From an uncultured Clostridia bacterium (lineage in GTDB: Bacteria > Aerophobota > Aerophobia > Aerophobales > B3-G15), in contig CAYZYX010000003.1 of assembly GCA_964482715.1 (NCBI GenBank), positions 1 to 64,000 on the forward strand: a DNA stretch of 64,000 nt, given 5' to 3'. Shown piece after piece: positions 62,201 through 64,000 of this stretch. The notes beneath the pieces were generated by a model, which did not search any database, was not told the origin of the DNA, and worked only from the letters and a program-made list of their open reading frames with translations. The position numbers and the translations under genes are program-made. Each line of letters opens with the position of its first letter. Within the stretch, counting starts at the first letter, position 1.

Positions 62201-63130
62201 ATGGATGGCTTGCTTTTAATCAAAAAACCTAAGGGAATGACCTCTCACGATATAGTAAAGAGGGTAAGAAAAATACTTAAAGTGGAAAAGGTTGGGCATG
62301 TGGGCACTTTAGATCCGGTAGCGGAGGGATTGCTTCCTGTTTGTATGGGAAAAGCAACAAAACTTACCCCCTTCTTGCAGGAACTTGATAAGACTTATCG
62401 AGGTACAATGGTTTTTGGAGTTACCACCAGTACTCTGGACGAAGAAGGCGAGGTTGTAAGAGAAGTGGATGCTTCTTGCCTAACCCAAAAACAGGTGGAA
62501 GAGGTCTTTGAGAAATTTAAAGGGAAAATTTTACAGACCCCGCCTGCTTACTCTGCCATTCACTGGCAGGGAAGGCGTCTTTATCAGCTGGCCAGAAGTG
62601 GGGTTAAGGTTGAACCACCTCCAAGAGAGGTAGAAATATACGAATTTAAGCTGCTGAATTTTAATCCAGGAGTTCATCCGGAAGTTGATTTCGAACTTTG
62701 TTGTTCAAAAGGAACTTATATTAGAAGCCTGTGCAGGGATATCGGTGAGATCTTGGGATATGGTGCCTATCAGAAGTATTTGTGTCGAATAAAAGTAGGT
62801 CCTTTTCGTCTATCTGAGGCTAAAGATACAAAAGAAGTTGAGCTTATTAAAGAAAGAGGACAGGTGGAAAAAATCTTATATCCACTCAGTGAGGCTTTAC
62901 CTCATTTCCCCAAAGTTGTTGTCAAGAAAAATGTGGAGAAAATTATAAAGTGGGGTAGACCTCTTTACCTTGATCACTTTTTGCACCTTCCTGATAATTT
63001 AGAAAAGGGTGACAGAGTGAGAGTCTGTTCTCTGGATGATCGACTTTTGGCTATCGCAAAGAGCTGTCAGAGTCGATCTCACTTTGTGAAAGACCAGATA
63101 GGGTTTAAATATCTTAGAGTATTAATCTAA
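62201..63130 (+). CDS. truB: tRNA pseudouridine(55) synthase
   Basis: KPKGMTSHD, GHVGTLDP, QTPPAYSA, CSKGTYIRSL. Confidence 0.97.
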   Translation: MDGLLLIKKPKGMTSHDIVKRVRKILKVEKVGHVGTLDPVAEGLLPVCMGKATKLTPFLQELDKTYRGTMVFGVTTSTLDEEGEVVREVDASCLTQKQVEEVFEKFKGKILQTPPAYSAIHWQGRRLYQLARSGVKVEPPPREVEIYEFKLLNFNPGVHPEVDFELCCSKGTYIRSLCRDIGEILGYGAYQKYLCRIKVGPFRLSEAKDTKEVELIKERGQVEKILYPLSEALPHFPKVVVKKNVEKIIKWGRPLYLDHFLHLPDNLEKGDRVRVCSLDDRLLAIAKSCQSRSHFVKDQIGFKYLRVLI

Positions 63131-63159
63131 AATCCTTTACCTTCATAAACCGATCAGAA

Positions 63160-64000
63160 ATGATAATCAGAAAAAACTTCCAAGGAGAGAAAGTTCCTTG
63201 CATTTTAACCATAGGTTTTTTTGATGGAGTTCATCTGGGTCACCAGAGAATAATAAGAAAAGTGGTAGAGAAAGCCAGATCAAGTAATATTTACTCCTGT
63301 GTTGTTACTTTTGATCGGCATCCATCCGAGCTTTTTTCCTCCTATAAGGTGAAACTTTTAACCTGTTGGGAAGAAAAAAAGGAAATTTTTGGTAGTCTTG
63401 GTATAGATGTAATACAGGTGTTTACCTTTGATCACGATTTTGCCAGCCTTTCTCCCGATAAATTTTTAGAAAAGCTAAACGAGCATTTTTTTATAAAAGA
63501 GATCCTGGTCGGAAATGACTTTACCTTTGGACACAAGAGAAAAGGAAATGTTACCTTTTTAAAGAAAATACGATCCAAACTTGATTTTGAACTGGAGGTT
63601 GTAGCTCCTGTAAAAATGGAAAATCAAAAAATAAGTAGTTCTGTTTTGAGGGCCTGGTTAGAAAATGGAAAAGTTGAGAAGGTTGCTGCGGGAATGGGTC
63701 GACCACCTACAATCTGGGGAAAGGTAATCCCCGGTAAAGGAAGAGGTAGGCAAATTGGATTTCCTACTGCTAATCTGTTACCTCACTCTGACAAGTTGCT
63801 TCCCTCAAGTGGAGTTTATGCAGGAAGTTGTGAGGTTAAAAATAAGATTTATGAGGCTACTGTTAATGTGGGTAACAAGCCAACTTTTGATGATTTTTCC
63901 CCGGGGATAGAGGTTCATATAATAGGTTTTGAAGGAGAACTCTATGGTGAAACTCTAAAAGTAAGTTTAGTAAAAAAAATTCGTGATATACAGGCATTTC
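63160..64000 (+). CDS. ribF: Bifunctional FAD synthetase/riboflavin kinase (runs off the window; not in ORF track)
   Basis: ATG 63160: MIIRKNFQGEKVPCILTIGFFDGVHLGHQ...TFDRHP...ISSS...GRGRQIGFPTAN...GVYA...NVGNKPTF...EVHI. Confidence 0.95.
   Translation, partial: MIIRKNFQGEKVPCILTIGFFDGVHLGHQRIIRKVVEKARSSNIYSCVVTFDRHPSELFSSYKVKLLTCWEEKKEIFGSLGIDVIQVFTFDHDFASLSPDKFLEKLNEHFFIKEILVGNDFTFGHKRKGNVTFLKKIRSKLDFELEVVAPVKMENQKISSSVLRAWLENGKVEKVAAGMGRPPTIWGKVIPGKGRGRQIGFPTANLLPHSDKLLPSSGVYAGSCEVKNKIYEATVNVGNKPTFDDFSPGIEVHIIGFEGELYGETLKVSLVKKIRDIQAF

Overview
A 64-kb core-genome window from an AT-rich, probably anaerobic, outer-membrane-bearing bacterium. It is a draft assembly with one 100-N gap at 40076-40175. 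Every credible gene is on the + strand. Order: ppdK; tRNA-Tyr/tRNA-Thr-tuf-rpmG-tRNA-Trp-secE-nusG-rplKA; rplJL-rpoBC; str, S10, spc and alpha ribosomal clusters; truA; mcsA-mcsB-tilS-hisB-dtd; a pilMNOPQ-type cluster; hisG, eno, icd-like, ftsH-folP-ruvC; acyl-CoA dehydrogenase-etfB-etfA(ferredoxin fusion)-HD protein-RtcB-like protein-EndoQ-like nuclease; proS-nusA-infB-DUF503-truB-ribF (partial). Most unusual observations: (1) a PilQ-type secretin apparently split into two separately exported proteins inside one N-domain, the secretin half carrying seven N-domain repeats C-terminal to the barrel; (2) a divergent RtcB-fold protein between an HD phosphohydrolase and an EndoQ-like nuclease; (3) L10 fused in frame to L7/L12, with an internal RBS and a slippery A8 run; (4) a ~37-aa insertion in the RNA polymerase beta' F-loop plus bridge-helix and trigger-loop substitutions; (5) tRNA-Trp overlapping the rpmG stop codon; (6) a palindromic MITE-like element whose end motif recurs just upstream of three -35 boxes. 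All calls are from motif recognition by eye; no database searches or folding were run.
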